Of a DNA stretch of 64,000 nucleotides, positions 20,765 to 29,372 are shown in pieces; the stretch's first letter is position 1, and each line of letters opens with the position of its first letter. Source of the DNA: an uncultured Ruminococcus sp. (GTDB lineage: Bacteria > Bacillota > Clostridia > Oscillospirales > Ruminococcaceae); contig CACZFN010000006.1 in NCBI GenBank assembly GCA_902780505.1, forward strand, positions 18,656 to 82,655, given 5' to 3'. The position numbers and the translations under genes are program-made. The notes beneath the pieces are model-generated. The model saw nothing but the letters and a program-made list of their open reading frames with translations. It was not told the DNA's origin and did not search any database.

Positions 20765-21940
20765 TTATTCTTCCTTTTTATCTTTATCGTCGGATTTTTC
20801 CTCTTTGCTTTCGTCGGAGGACTCGTCCTTGCTTTCGTCAGAGGACTCGTCCTTGCTTTCGTCAGATTTTTCGTTTGCTTTCTTTAACGGCTCTACAACA
20901 TATGTATGGTAGAGGTATTCAGTATCAAGAACAGGTTCATCCTGACCGAGAGCCTTAGCTGTAACAGCGATATACGTTTTGCCTTCGTATTCAAGGTAGG
21001 TTGCGATAAGAGTACCTGATTCATCGGTATAGCCTGTTTTGCCGCCGCCGATCTCGAAATCGGGATCTTTACCGTAGCTATAGATATTATGGAACACAAT
21101 ACTGTCGATCGTGATACCGTCGGGGTGTTCTTCTGTTTTTGAAGTGGTATAGGTTTCTGTAGAGATTATCTTCTTACAGGTCTTATTGGCAAGGACAGCT
21201 TTCATAAGTATAGCCATATCCTCACAGGTCGTAACGTGCTTTTTATCATAAAGGCCGCTTGCGTTTGTAAAGTGAGTATTTTCCATACCGAGTTCCTTTG
21301 CCTTTTCGTTCATCATAGCGGCAAAGTCTTTTTCCGAGCCTGCTACTGTAATAGCAAGGCCTGATGTTGCATCTGCGCCGCTGCAAAGGATCGCGCCATA
21401 GAGCATATCCTTGATCGTCACCTTTTCGCCGGGTTCAAAGCCGACGCGGGAAGCGTCCTGCTCGATCAGCGGATCAAGGATTTCATCGGTGAACTTGAAT
21501 GTAGCCTTTGTATCTTCTACATTTTCAACTGCCACAAGCAGTGTAAGAAGCTTTGTAAGTGAAGCGGGGTATATCTTGGTATCATACCCTGAGCCTGCTA
21601 TTATCTCGTTTTTATCTGCATCAACGAGGATGCAGTATTTACTTGTGATCTTTTTGGCGTTTACTTCCTTATAGTCTGCGCTTTTGGCGGGCTTGAGGGT
21701 TTCAGGCTCCGGTTCCTTTACAGGTTCTTCGGTAACGACAGGTTCAGGTTCGGATGAGCTTTCCTCGGTCTTAGGCTTATCGTCTGTTGTTATTTTAACA
21801 GCGTCCATATTAGTTGATTTACCGATACTGCCGTTATCCATAATAACAAGTACAGCTGTGCCGACTGCGAGTATAAGTATAACGAGCAACAGCGCTACGA
21901 CACCTGCGCCGCCTTTTTCGTTTTTTCTTAAAAGCTTCAT
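20765..21940 (-). CDS. D-alanyl-D-alanine carboxypeptidase (S11 peptidase, low-MW PBP) with acidic repeat tail
   Basis: N-terminal TM segment, SxxK motif PASLTKLL, SGAD (SxN-like), KTGYT. C-terminal SDESKDESSDESKDESSDESKEEKSDDKDKKEE. Confidence 0.8.
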   Translation of the reverse strand: MKLLRKNEKGGAGVVALLLVILILAVGTAVLVIMDNGSIGKSTNMDAVKITTDDKPKTEESSSEPEPVVTEEPVKEPEPETLKPAKSADYKEVNAKKITSKYCILVDADKNEIIAGSGYDTKIYPASLTKLLTLLVAVENVEDTKATFKFTDEILDPLIEQDASRVGFEPGEKVTIKDMLYGAILCSGADATSGLAITVAGSEKDFAAMMNEKAKELGMENTHFTNASGLYDKKHVTTCEDMAILMKAVLANKTCKKIISTETYTTSKTEEHPDGITIDSIVFHNIYSYGKDPDFEIGGGKTGYTDESGTLIATYLEYEGKTYIAVTAKALGQDEPVLDTEYLYHTYVVEPLKKANEKSDESKDESSDESKDESSDESKEEKSDDKDKKEE

Positions 21941-22386
21941 AAGTCATTCTCCTTTATTTTTCCAAGCTCTATAGCTTTTTCATATGAAAGTACCGCCCCG
22001 TGGCAATACTGCAATATATCACGTCTTGTAACTATACCGCTGAAAACGTTCCTGTCGTCGATAACGGGGACGAAATTCTGTTCCATAGCGATAAGTATAA
22101 GTTCATCTATCCCCGAGGTTATATAGACCGGTTTATTCTTTATCCTTATTTCAACATCAGTCACGGGGACTTTTTCAAGTTCTTTAAGGTCAGGCACCCC
22201 GTGGGAAATGATATACCTGAGTATATCGCCTTCGTTTATTGTATTGACATACTCGCCTTTCCTGTTTATAACAGGAATAGCCGTATAGCCGTGATTTTTC
22301 AGGCGTTCGAGCACCTGCCTGACGGAATTATCGGTATAGACATAATCGAGCAGTGCCTTTGGTTTGAGAAGTCTAAGTATATTCAC
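21937..22386 (-). CDS. CBS-pair domain protein
   Basis: 149 aa with two CBS-like halves (AIPVINRKGEYVNTINEGDIL and FVPVIDDRNVFSGIVTRRDIL). 4-nt overlaps with both neighbouring genes. Confidence 0.75.
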   Translation of the reverse strand: MNILRLLKPKALLDYVYTDNSVRQVLERLKNHGYTAIPVINRKGEYVNTINEGDILRYIISHGVPDLKELEKVPVTDVEIRIKNKPVYITSGIDELILIAMEQNFVPVIDDRNVFSGIVTRRDILQYCHGAVLSYEKAIELGKIKENDL

Positions 22387-23288
22387 TTTTTAGCATCCTC
22401 CCCGCCTGTGTCAGTGCCGTATCTGTATACAAGCCCAAGGAAATCGCTGTAGCTTATCTTTTTAAAGCTCTCTCTGCTAAGGCCGTTTGACGTGAGCATC
22501 TGATCGGTTATGCCGAGCCTTGTGCAGAAGTCAGTACAGTAGGTCTGTCTGTCTGTCTGTGAGAAAGCGGAAAAATCCGTCATTGTTGCGGCAAATGTCG
22601 GGCTGAATATATTTTCGTCACCTACAGAGGAGAGAAATTCCGTCATGGTCCTTGTTTCGACGATATCGTCAAAACCCTCCATATAATAAGTTGTGGTATA
22701 CCTGAGAAGTGCACCTTTATCGTTAAAATAGAAATCATATATAGTGATATAGGTATCCCCCATATAGGTATATTCCTCGACACTTTCGCCCTCCTGCGGG
22801 GCGGCGTGAGAATTTGTCTGCGGAAGATTTTCCTTGACGATACTTTCTATAACATCGGGCAGTACACTTCCTTCGTCGGTATATGAATAGGTATAGTAAT
22901 CAAATTCATACACCTTTGTTCCGTCGGACAGAAAGCCGCGCTTACCGAGAGAAGTTGTCTGTGCCTGGTAGAGTTTATTGCCGCTTTTATAACGTTCTAT
23001 AGTTATTTTTTCATCATTTTCGGTTGATGTGAGTGTGCATTTATATGTATATTTATTGCCTGAAAGAATTTCATAAGCCTTTTGCAGAAAAGGCCCGATA
23101 TTATTCACCTGCTGCACCGGTGCATCGGCAGCGGAACTGTCGTCGATCTCAACAGGCGGTTTGACTGTTGCTTTTGACGAAGTCTGCTCAGACGAGGAAG
23201 CGCCCTTCCCGCCGCAGCCCGTCAGCAGACAGACCGAAAGCCCCGTCGCACACATAAGTGCCATGCAGCGTTTAAATTCATAACCCAT
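22383..23288 (-). CDS. Hypothetical lipoprotein
   Basis: Lipobox SVCLLTGCGG. No family recognised. First gene of an overlapping three-gene operon. Confidence 0.6.
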   Translation of the reverse strand: MGYEFKRCMALMCATGLSVCLLTGCGGKGASSSEQTSSKATVKPPVEIDDSSAADAPVQQVNNIGPFLQKAYEILSGNKYTYKCTLTSTENDEKITIERYKSGNKLYQAQTTSLGKRGFLSDGTKVYEFDYYTYSYTDEGSVLPDVIESIVKENLPQTNSHAAPQEGESVEEYTYMGDTYITIYDFYFNDKGALLRYTTTYYMEGFDDIVETRTMTEFLSSVGDENIFSPTFAATMTDFSAFSQTDRQTYCTDFCTRLGITDQMLTSNGLSRESFKKISYSDFLGLVYRYGTDTGGEDAKK

Positions 23289-23372
23289 TCAAGTTATCCT
23301 TTCATACGAGGATCGGGCGCAATGCCCATATCTGTTTTTTCCGCGTATTCTCCATTCATTTATACAAATACA

Positions 23373-23401
23373 ATTATACAATATTTAGTACAGCTTGTCA
23401 A
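23373..23401 (-). promoter_or_regulatory. Consensus promoter for lipoprotein-CBS-PBP operon
   Basis: Minus strand: TTGACA (23401..23396), 17-nt spacer, TATAAT (23378..23373). Confidence 0.65.
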
Positions 23402-23460
23402 GCGTTAGTGAAAAATAAATCAGAAGCAGAAAAGAAATTTCTACCTCTGACCATAGTATT

Positions 23461-25131
23461 TCAGAACAAGCCGCTTATATTGCCGGACTTATCGCAGTCG
23501 ATATTAAATGCAGCAGGTGCTTTAGGAAGCCCCGGCATTGTCATTATATCGCCTGTATACACAACTATAAAGCCTGCACCCGAGGAAAGCTTCATATCGC
23601 GCACTGTTATCCTGAAATTCTCGGGCTTACCGAGTTTAGTGGGATCATCGCTGAGCGAATACTGTGTTTTTGCAACGCATATAGGAATATCGGCCTTGCC
23701 GAGAGCCTCTATTTCCTTTAGTGCCTTTTCAGCCTGTGCGGTATAAACGACACCGTCTGCCCTGTATATTTCACGGGCGAGAGTTTCTATCTTTTCCTTA
23801 ACGGGGAGTTTTCCGTCATAGAGGGGTTTATAATCCGAAGGCTTGCTCTCTATTGTGGAAACGACCTTCCGGGCGAGGTCTATACCGCCCTCTCCGCCTT
23901 TAGCGAAGATCTCTGCAAGGGAAACCTCCACGCCCATTTCACCGCATACTTTCTTTACAACAGCGATCTCGGCTTCAGTATCCGATGCAAAGCGGTTGAT
24001 GGCAACAACAACGGGCACGCCGAACTTCTGCATATTTTCTATATGTGTTTTCAGATTGACGATACCCTTTTCAAGTGCTTCGACGTTTTCAGCTGTAAGT
24101 TCTGTCTTAGGGACGCCGCCGTTATATTTAAGTGCCCTGATAGTTGCCACGAGCACGACGCAGGAGGGGTTTAAGCCTGCAAAGCGGCATTTTATATCAA
24201 AGAACTTTTCAGCACCCAGGTCAGAGCCGAAGCCGGCTTCAGTGATAACGTAATCTGCAAGTTTAAGAGCAAGCTTTGTTGCCCTTACCGAGTTACAGCC
24301 ATGTGCGATATTTGCAAACGGCCCGCCGTGGATAAGTGCGGGGTTATTTTCAAGTGTCTGCACAAGGTTAGGTTTAAGTGCATCACGCAGCAGCGCCGTC
24401 ATAGCGCCGCAGCAGCCGAGGTCTTTGGCATAGACAGGTCTGTTATCAAAAGTATATGCCACAAGTATACGTTCAAGCCTTGCTTTAAGGTCTTCAAGGT
24501 CAGAAGCAAGACAGAGTATAGCCATTATCTCGGAAGCAACGGTTATCTGGAAGCCGTCCTCACGGGGGATACCGTTCACTTTAGAGCCAAGACCGACTAT
24601 GACCTGACGAAGTGCTCTGTCGTTCATATCAAGGCATCTTTTGAACATTATACGCCTCTGGTCGATATTAAGCGGGTTGCCCTGATGCAGAGAGTTATCA
24701 AGCATTGCACAAAGCAGATTATTAGCCGCCGTGATAGCGTGCATATCGCCTGTAAAGTGGAGATTTATATCCTCCATAGGGACTACCTGTGCATAGCCGC
24801 CACCCGCAGCGCCGCCCTTTATACCGAAAACAGGCCCGAGCGAAGGTTCACGAAGTGCCAGAATAGCCTTTTTGCCTATCTTTGACATACTCTCCTCAAG
24901 ACCTACAGAGATAGTGGTCTTACCCTCGCCTGCGGGGGTTGGGTTGATAGCGGTAACAAGAATAAGTTTACCGTCGGGTTTATCGGCAGTTTTTGCATAA
25001 AGGCTTTCCGAAAGCTTTGCCTTATAGTGGCCGTAGGGCTCGTAATCATCCTCCGAGATGCCCAGGTTTGCGGCGATCTCGCCTATTTTTTTCATTTTTG
25101 CCTGTGATGCGATCTCAATGTCACTTAACAT
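23461..25131 (-). CDS. fhs: Formate--tetrahydrofolate ligase
   Basis: 556 aa. [12 protein letters not shown].., [11 protein letters not shown]-loop, highly recognisable FTHFS sequence throughout. Confidence 0.95.
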   Translation of the reverse strand: MLSDIEIASQAKMKKIGEIAANLGISEDDYEPYGHYKAKLSESLYAKTADKPDGKLILVTAINPTPAGEGKTTISVGLEESMSKIGKKAILALREPSLGPVFGIKGGAAGGGYAQVVPMEDINLHFTGDMHAITAANNLLCAMLDNSLHQGNPLNIDQRRIMFKRCLDMNDRALRQVIVGLGSKVNGIPREDGFQITVASEIMAILCLASDLEDLKARLERILVAYTFDNRPVYAKDLGCCGAMTALLRDALKPNLVQTLENNPALIHGGPFANIAHGCNSVRATKLALKLADYVITEAGFGSDLGAEKFFDIKCRFAGLNPSCVVLVATIRALKYNGGVPKTELTAENVEALEKGIVNLKTHIENMQKFGVPVVVAINRFASDTEAEIAVVKKVCGEMGVEVSLAEIFAKGGEGGIDLARKVVSTIESKPSDYKPLYDGKLPVKEKIETLAREIYRADGVVYTAQAEKALKEIEALGKADIPICVAKTQYSLSDDPTKLGKPENFRITVRDMKLSSGAGFIVVYTGDIMTMPGLPKAPAAFNIDCDKSGNISGLF

Positions 25132-25217
25132 AATATCCCGCTCCTTTTAGATGTAAGATATAAGAGGTAAGAGCCAAGATACTCCTACCTGTTTTGCAAA
25201 ACAAATTTCCAATCTAT

Positions 25218-25246
25218 ATTATACCACACATTTACTTTAAGGTCAA
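25218..25246 (-). promoter_or_regulatory. Extended -10 promoter for fhs
   Basis: Minus strand: TTGACC (25246..25241), 17-nt spacer, TGg-TATAAT (25226..25218). Leaves an ~80-nt leader. Confidence 0.65.
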
Positions 25247-25480
25247 TTATAAAATGTGACAAATAGCTGAAAATAAATGGGATATTATATAAAGCAGCAC
25301 CCCACATATGAATCAAGGGGCGTTAAGGGTTATTCTGTTAAGGCGACTGCCGAATGGATCAGCCGGTCTTCTTCGGGGAATACACGGAAACCGATGGTCC
25401 TTGCCCGGAATCTGCCCCTGCTGTCAAGATTCTTTGCTGACATCTGAACAAACTCTAAGCATATATGATATAATTGATTT

Positions 25481-25661
25481 GTGAGATATGGAGGCAAGGA
25501 TCGTCAGCCGATTGAAAATGTATGACCGGCGGAGATACAGGTGTCCGAGGCCGGAGGCAGAGAGGAACGAAACTGAGCGCAGAGCCCTGAAAGACAGCAA
25601 ATCTGAATAACACAAAAAGAGCTATCTGGTTCGTAATTGAATCAGATAGCTCTTATCTTTT
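25481..25661 (+). ncRNA. Candidate small transcript (sRNA or 40-codon ORF) bounded by promoter and terminator
   Basis: TGAACA (25445..25450), 18-nt spacer, TGa-TATAAT (25466..25474). Strong hairpin plus T-run at 25618..25661. Contains ATG 25488 to TAA 25610 (MEARIVSRLKMYDRRRYRCPRPEAERNETERRALKDSKSE) with only a weak RBS. Confidence 0.25.
25618..25661. terminator. Bidirectional intrinsic terminator (guaA on minus strand; candidate small transcript on plus strand)
   Basis: AGAGCTATCTG/CAGATAGCTCT stem extended by GGTTC/GAATC. A-run 5' and T-rich run 3'. Confidence 0.75.
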
Positions 25662-25794
25662 CAGGCAGAATATTTATAACTGTTGCCAATAATCGCCTTA
25701 GCTTTGCACGGCAGGAATTGTTGCCAAATCGTTGCCATGATAACGGTTTGATAACGGTTTTTGGCGTGTTTACGCCCTATTTTCGGGGTGGGTA

Positions 25795-27333
25795 TTATTC
25801 CCACTCCACCGTTCCCGGTGGTTTGGAGGTGATGTCGTAGACTACTCTGTTTACGTGGTCGACTTCATTTGTAAGTCTGTTGGAGATACGGGCTAAGATA
25901 TCATAGGGGATCTTTGCCCAGTCTGCGGTCATAAAGTCATCTGTTGTTACCGCCCTTATTGCAATAAGGTGGTCATATGTACGGTGGTCGCCCATTACGC
26001 CCACTGTCTGAACATCGGGCAGGACTGCGAAAAACTGGCTAAGTTCGTTTTCTATCCCGCTTTTCTTTATCTCGTCACGGAACACCGCATCAGCTTCTTG
26101 AAGGACCTTTATTTTCTCCTCGGTTATCTCGCCGATGATACGCACGCCAAGCCCGGGGCCCGGGAAAGGCTGGCGCCACACAAGTTCTTTTGGTATACCA
26201 AGCTTTTCACCGACACGTCTGACCTCGTCTTTGAAAAGGTCGCCAAGTGGTTCTATTATACCGTCAAATGTGATATCCTCAGGCATTTTCACCTGGTTAT
26301 GATGTGTCTTTATCGTTGCGGCATCGCCCTTACCGCTTTCTATCCTGTCGGGGTATATAGTACCCTGTGCGAAGAACCCGCCGTCAGCCTGTTTTCTTAT
26401 TTCGTCCCAGAAGACCTTATAGAATTCTGTTCCGATTGTTTTTCTTTTCTGTTCGGGATCTGTAATGCCTTTTAGCTTACCTATGAACTGTCTGCCGCAG
26501 TTTACGCGGACAAAATTCATATCAAAAAGGCTTGTGAAAGTCTTTTCTACGAAATCGCCCTCGTCCTTACGCATTAGTCCCTGGTCAACAAACACACAGG
26601 TCAGCTGTTTGCCGACAGCGCGGCTTAAAAGGCCTGCCGCCACTGACGAATCCACACCGCCCGAAAGCCCGAGCACAACTTTTTTATCGCCTATCTTTTC
26701 TTTCAGGCTTGCAACAGAACGCTCGATAAAGTCATCCATCACCCAGTCGCCCTTACAGACGCAGATTTCAAAGAGGAAGTTATGCAAAAACTGTTTACCG
26801 AACTGAGTATGAGTGACTTCGGGGTGGAACTGAACGGCATAAAGACCTTTCTGTTCATTTTCCATAGAAGCACAGGGGCAGTCTGCCGAGTGAGATGTTA
26901 TCTCAAACCCCTCGGGAACTTTTGAGATAAAGTCGGTATGGGACATCCACACGATACTTTTTTCATCGATACCTTTAAACAGTCTGCTTGTTTTTTTAGT
27001 ATTTTCTATTTCGATCTTGCCGTATTCGCTTTTGACACAGCTTTCGACTTTGCCGCCGCACATCCAAGCCATAAGCTGTGCGCCATAGCAGATACCGAGC
27101 ACAGGCACACCTATTTCAAGTATCTCCTTTTGGTAATGCGGGGAAGCCATATCATACACCGAGTTAGGCCCGCCGGTAAAAATAATGCCCTTATAGCCCG
27201 CTGCTTTGATATCATCAAGGGGCGTTTCAAAGCTTTTTATTTCAGCATACACGTTTTCGTCGCGCACACGCCTTGCGATAAGCTGATTATACTGCCCGCC
27301 GAAGTCAAGGACAAGTATTTTCTCAAAAGACAT
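25795..27333 (-). CDS. guaA: GMP synthase (glutamine-hydrolysing)
   Basis: Start moved to [27 protein letters not shown] (GGGAG RBS). [17 protein letters not shown]-terminal PPGTVEWE. Confidence 0.95.
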   Translation of the reverse strand: MSFEKILVLDFGGQYNQLIARRVRDENVYAEIKSFETPLDDIKAAGYKGIIFTGGPNSVYDMASPHYQKEILEIGVPVLGICYGAQLMAWMCGGKVESCVKSEYGKIEIENTKKTSRLFKGIDEKSIVWMSHTDFISKVPEGFEITSHSADCPCASMENEQKGLYAVQFHPEVTHTQFGKQFLHNFLFEICVCKGDWVMDDFIERSVASLKEKIGDKKVVLGLSGGVDSSVAAGLLSRAVGKQLTCVFVDQGLMRKDEGDFVEKTFTSLFDMNFVRVNCGRQFIGKLKGITDPEQKRKTIGTEFYKVFWDEIRKQADGGFFAQGTIYPDRIESGKGDAATIKTHHNQVKMPEDITFDGIIEPLGDLFKDEVRRVGEKLGIPKELVWRQPFPGPGLGVRIIGEITEEKIKVLQEADAVFRDEIKKSGIENELSQFFAVLPDVQTVGVMGDHRTYDHLIAIRAVTTDDFMTADWAKIPYDILARISNRLTNEVDHVNRVVYDITSKPPGTVEWE

Positions 27334-27389
27334 AGGCAAATCTCCCTTCAAAAATCAAATCAGCACCCATATGATCAGGTGCTGATATT

Positions 27390-27418
27390 ATTATAGCATA
27401 TTTCTTTTTAGCTTGCAA
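27390..27418 (-). promoter_or_regulatory. Extended -10 promoter for guaA
   Basis: Minus strand: TTGCAA (27418..27413), 17-nt spacer, TGc-TATAAT (27398..27390). Confidence 0.6.
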
Positions 27419-27446
27419 GGGGGTTTACAGATTGTTTACATAAAGC

Positions 27447-27929
27447 CTACTGCAAAAACCTGTTCTTCCCGCAGCTTTTACATACCCTGTCTGAGGCATT
27501 GTTTCTTGTCCCGCAGAACACGCACGCCCAGGGCTCGGTGCTTTGATATTGCAGGTATGAAGCGGTCGATGCATTATTATTCTGTGTATTATCCTGTGCG
27601 GCGTTTGAATAGCCGCCGTTTATCATTCTTCCGCGTTTATGTCCGCACTGCACGCAGTTTATATCTTCGGCTTTATTCATGATCCCGCAGTACAGGCACT
27701 TCCACGGGGCATTTGCCGGTGCTTGCTTTGGTGTATCATTTGTATTTTCCTTTGGCTTTGAATTCTGTATCATCATAGACATTGAGAATTCATTCATACT
27801 TTTAGAAAGCTTCCTTACCGCATTAACAAGAGAAAGCAGCACAAGTACATTAAGCATAAGAAATACAGGCACACCGACATAGAAAAGCATGCCTATCTTT
27901 TCACTCAGACGGAAAAATTCTTCTACCAT
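27447..27929 (-). CDS. Membrane-anchored protein with two RanBP2-type zinc ribbons (function unknown)
   Basis: N-terminal TM segment MLFYVGVPVFLMLNVLVLLSLV. WKCLYCGIMNKAEDINCVQCG and WACVFCGTRNNASDRVCKSCG. AGGGGTGA RBS overlaps the upstream stop. Confidence 0.65.
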   Translation of the reverse strand: MVEEFFRLSEKIGMLFYVGVPVFLMLNVLVLLSLVNAVRKLSKSMNEFSMSMMIQNSKPKENTNDTPKQAPANAPWKCLYCGIMNKAEDINCVQCGHKRGRMINGGYSNAAQDNTQNNNASTASYLQYQSTEPWACVFCGTRNNASDRVCKSCGKNRFLQ

Positions 27930-27942
27930 AATTTCACCCCTG

Positions 27943-28197
27943 TCAGAAGTATCTGCCCTTGACTTGTTCGATATCCGTACTATATACAGAATAGTTTGTC
28001 GCCCAGAGTTCCTGCATAAGACGTTTGCCGTTTTTCTTTATAAATCTTACAGCGCCGTGTTTGGTGCGGGTAAGGGCGAGCACTTCGTCCTGAAGCTTTT
28101 CCCACTTCATTGTGACAGCCCATCTTTTGCCTATCTTTTCTATTTCAAAATCAAGCAGCTGATATTTATTATAGCCTATTCTCTTGACCTTTGCCAT
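27943..28197 (-). CDS. Hypothetical 84-aa basic protein
   Basis: Start set at MAKVKRIGYNKYQ (AAGGG RBS; the first ATG at 28215 has no RBS and lies ~5 nt from the predicted transcript start). No family recognised. Confidence 0.5.
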   Translation of the reverse strand: MAKVKRIGYNKYQLLDFEIEKIGKRWAVTMKWEKLQDEVLALTRTKHGAVRFIKKNGKRLMQELWATNYSVYSTDIEQVKGRYF

Positions 28198-28226
28198 AAG
28201 ATCACGCCCTTTCATAAATCTATTAA

Positions 28227-28255
28227 ATTATAACACATAAGTATTCAAATGTCAA
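28227..28255 (-). promoter_or_regulatory. Consensus extended -10 promoter of the two-gene operon 28197..27447
   Basis: Minus strand: TTGACA (28255..28250), 17-nt spacer, TGt-TATAAT (28235..28227). Confidence 0.7.
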
Positions 28256-28343
28256 CATATGTATTCAAACAAATGTTTTTTTAAAAGCAGGTCGATGCAT
28301 ATTTAAACACATAAGTGTTCATAATAATACATATGTATTCAAA
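28235..28343. promoter_or_regulatory. Four 15-bp operator-like repeats in two pairs
   Basis: ACATAAGTATTCAAA (28235..28249), ACATATGTATTCAAA (28255..28269), ACATAAGTGTTCATA (28309..28323), ACATATGTATTCAAA (28329..28343). 20 bp within pairs and 74 bp between pairs. 14-bp perfect palindrome AATACATATGTATT at 28326..28339. Confidence 0.7.
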
Positions 28344-28386
28344 TTTGGTGGTAAAATAGTGTATCATATACACAGAGGTGATGCCC

Positions 28387-28620
28387 ATGTTTTACCCCAT
28401 GCTTGATCCGAAGATCGTCGGGGAGGCAATTGCTGAGGCAAGGCGGGAGAAAAATCTCTCGCAGGAGGTTTTAAGCGGGCTTGCAGGGATAGGAAGAACA
28501 CATTTAAGCGCTATCGAGCGCGGAGAGCGCAAGCCGACACTTGAAACGCTCTACCGCATAGCTGCCGCACTTGACATAAAGATGAGCGACATTATACTAA
28601 AGCTCGAAAAACGCCTGTGA
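28387..28620 (+). CDS. XRE-family helix-turn-helix transcriptional regulator
   Basis: KNLSQEVLSGLAGIGRTHLSAIERGERKPTLETLYRIAAAL is a canonical HTH_3. The start is ambiguous (GTG 28378, ATG 28381, ATG 28387); 28387 has the best spacing to AGAGG. Confidence 0.8.
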   Translation: MFYPMLDPKIVGEAIAEARREKNLSQEVLSGLAGIGRTHLSAIERGERKPTLETLYRIAAALDIKMSDIILKLEKRL

Positions 28621-28699
28621 TTTAATAATACCACAAAACCTGTAAGACCGCCACGAACCATTAGTTGACGCACAAGTCAACCAGCGGTTGAAAAATGCA

Positions 28700-28736
28700 A
28701 AAAAGCACTTACACATTCAGTGTGCAAGTGCTTTTT
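28700..28736. terminator. Bidirectional terminator between XRE gene and SUKH-like gene
   Basis: GCACTTACACA...TGTGCAAGTGC (one mismatch), flanked by an A-run and a T-run. Confidence 0.7.
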
Positions 28737-28752
28737 ATGTTTATTATCTCTG

Positions 28753-29343
28753 TCAGCCGTCTATTACTACAAGTACAGCTATCTCGCCGTTTGCGTCGGT
28801 ATTTGCAAAAACCGTCCTGCCGCCGTCGGCAATGCTTATAAAGCAGCTGTCGGGTGTGCCGTCGGTAAGGGAAGCCTTATCGAGCGAAAGCTTCCTTGCA
28901 AGTTCGTCTATCTCACCCTTATCGTCCACGCCGATGACCTCGCCGTATTTTTCGGTAACGGCTTCAAATATTACCCAGCGGAGCAGCTGTGAAAGCTTCT
29001 GGTTTACAGAAAAGTCAAGTGACCTGCCTGCAAGTGTACCTAAATAGACATCGGGATCATCACTGCCCATATCCTTACTGAAAATGCAGGCGAGCCTTTC
29101 GCCAGATGTACCTATGATATAAGCGGTATCCTCACCTTCAAGCCGGGATATATAATCAGGGGAGAACACCCTGCTCTTAGCGCCGATATCAAAACCGCCG
29201 CAGTCAAGGTAAACAGCCCTGAGTTCATCAGGGAAGCTTATGCAAAGCTTTTGTTCAGCCGCTGCCACATCACCCGGTGTCAAGGCTTTACCGCCGCAAA
29301 AGCGCTTAGCCGCATCATTTGCCGAAATATTATATACCGCCAT
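28753..29343 (-). CDS. SMI1/KNR4 (SUKH-1)-like immunity-type protein
   Basis: N-terminal VAAAEQKLCISFPDELRAVYLDCGGFD resembles the SUKH-1 signature (E..LG..LP..Y..fl...nG). 196 aa. By-eye call only. Confidence 0.45.
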   Translation of the reverse strand: MAVYNISANDAAKRFCGGKALTPGDVAAAEQKLCISFPDELRAVYLDCGGFDIGAKSRVFSPDYISRLEGEDTAYIIGTSGERLACIFSKDMGSDDPDVYLGTLAGRSLDFSVNQKLSQLLRWVIFEAVTEKYGEVIGVDDKGEIDELARKLSLDKASLTDGTPDSCFISIADGGRTVFANTDANGEIAVLVVIDG

Positions 29344-29372
29344 TATTATCCGCCCCTTTTATGTTTTTTATA

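Noticed and set aside
25132-25440. Expected a ZTP (pfl) or THF riboswitch upstream of fhs.
   Set aside because: A strong promoter at 25246..25218 leaves only an ~80-nt leader. Neither the leader nor the upstream block contains CCGCCTGGGC, ACTGGCG or THF-type signatures on the minus strand.
25424-25840. ORFs 25424..25615 (-) and 25637..25840 (+) in the fhs-guaA gap.
   Set aside because: They have no RBS and odd composition. One spans a terminator hairpin and the other runs into the guaA 3' end. The region is better explained as non-coding.
27334-27446. Looked for a purine/guanine riboswitch in front of guaA, and likewise in front of guaB at 4381..4590.
   Set aside because: The leaders are too short and lack the conserved purine-riboswitch junction sequences.
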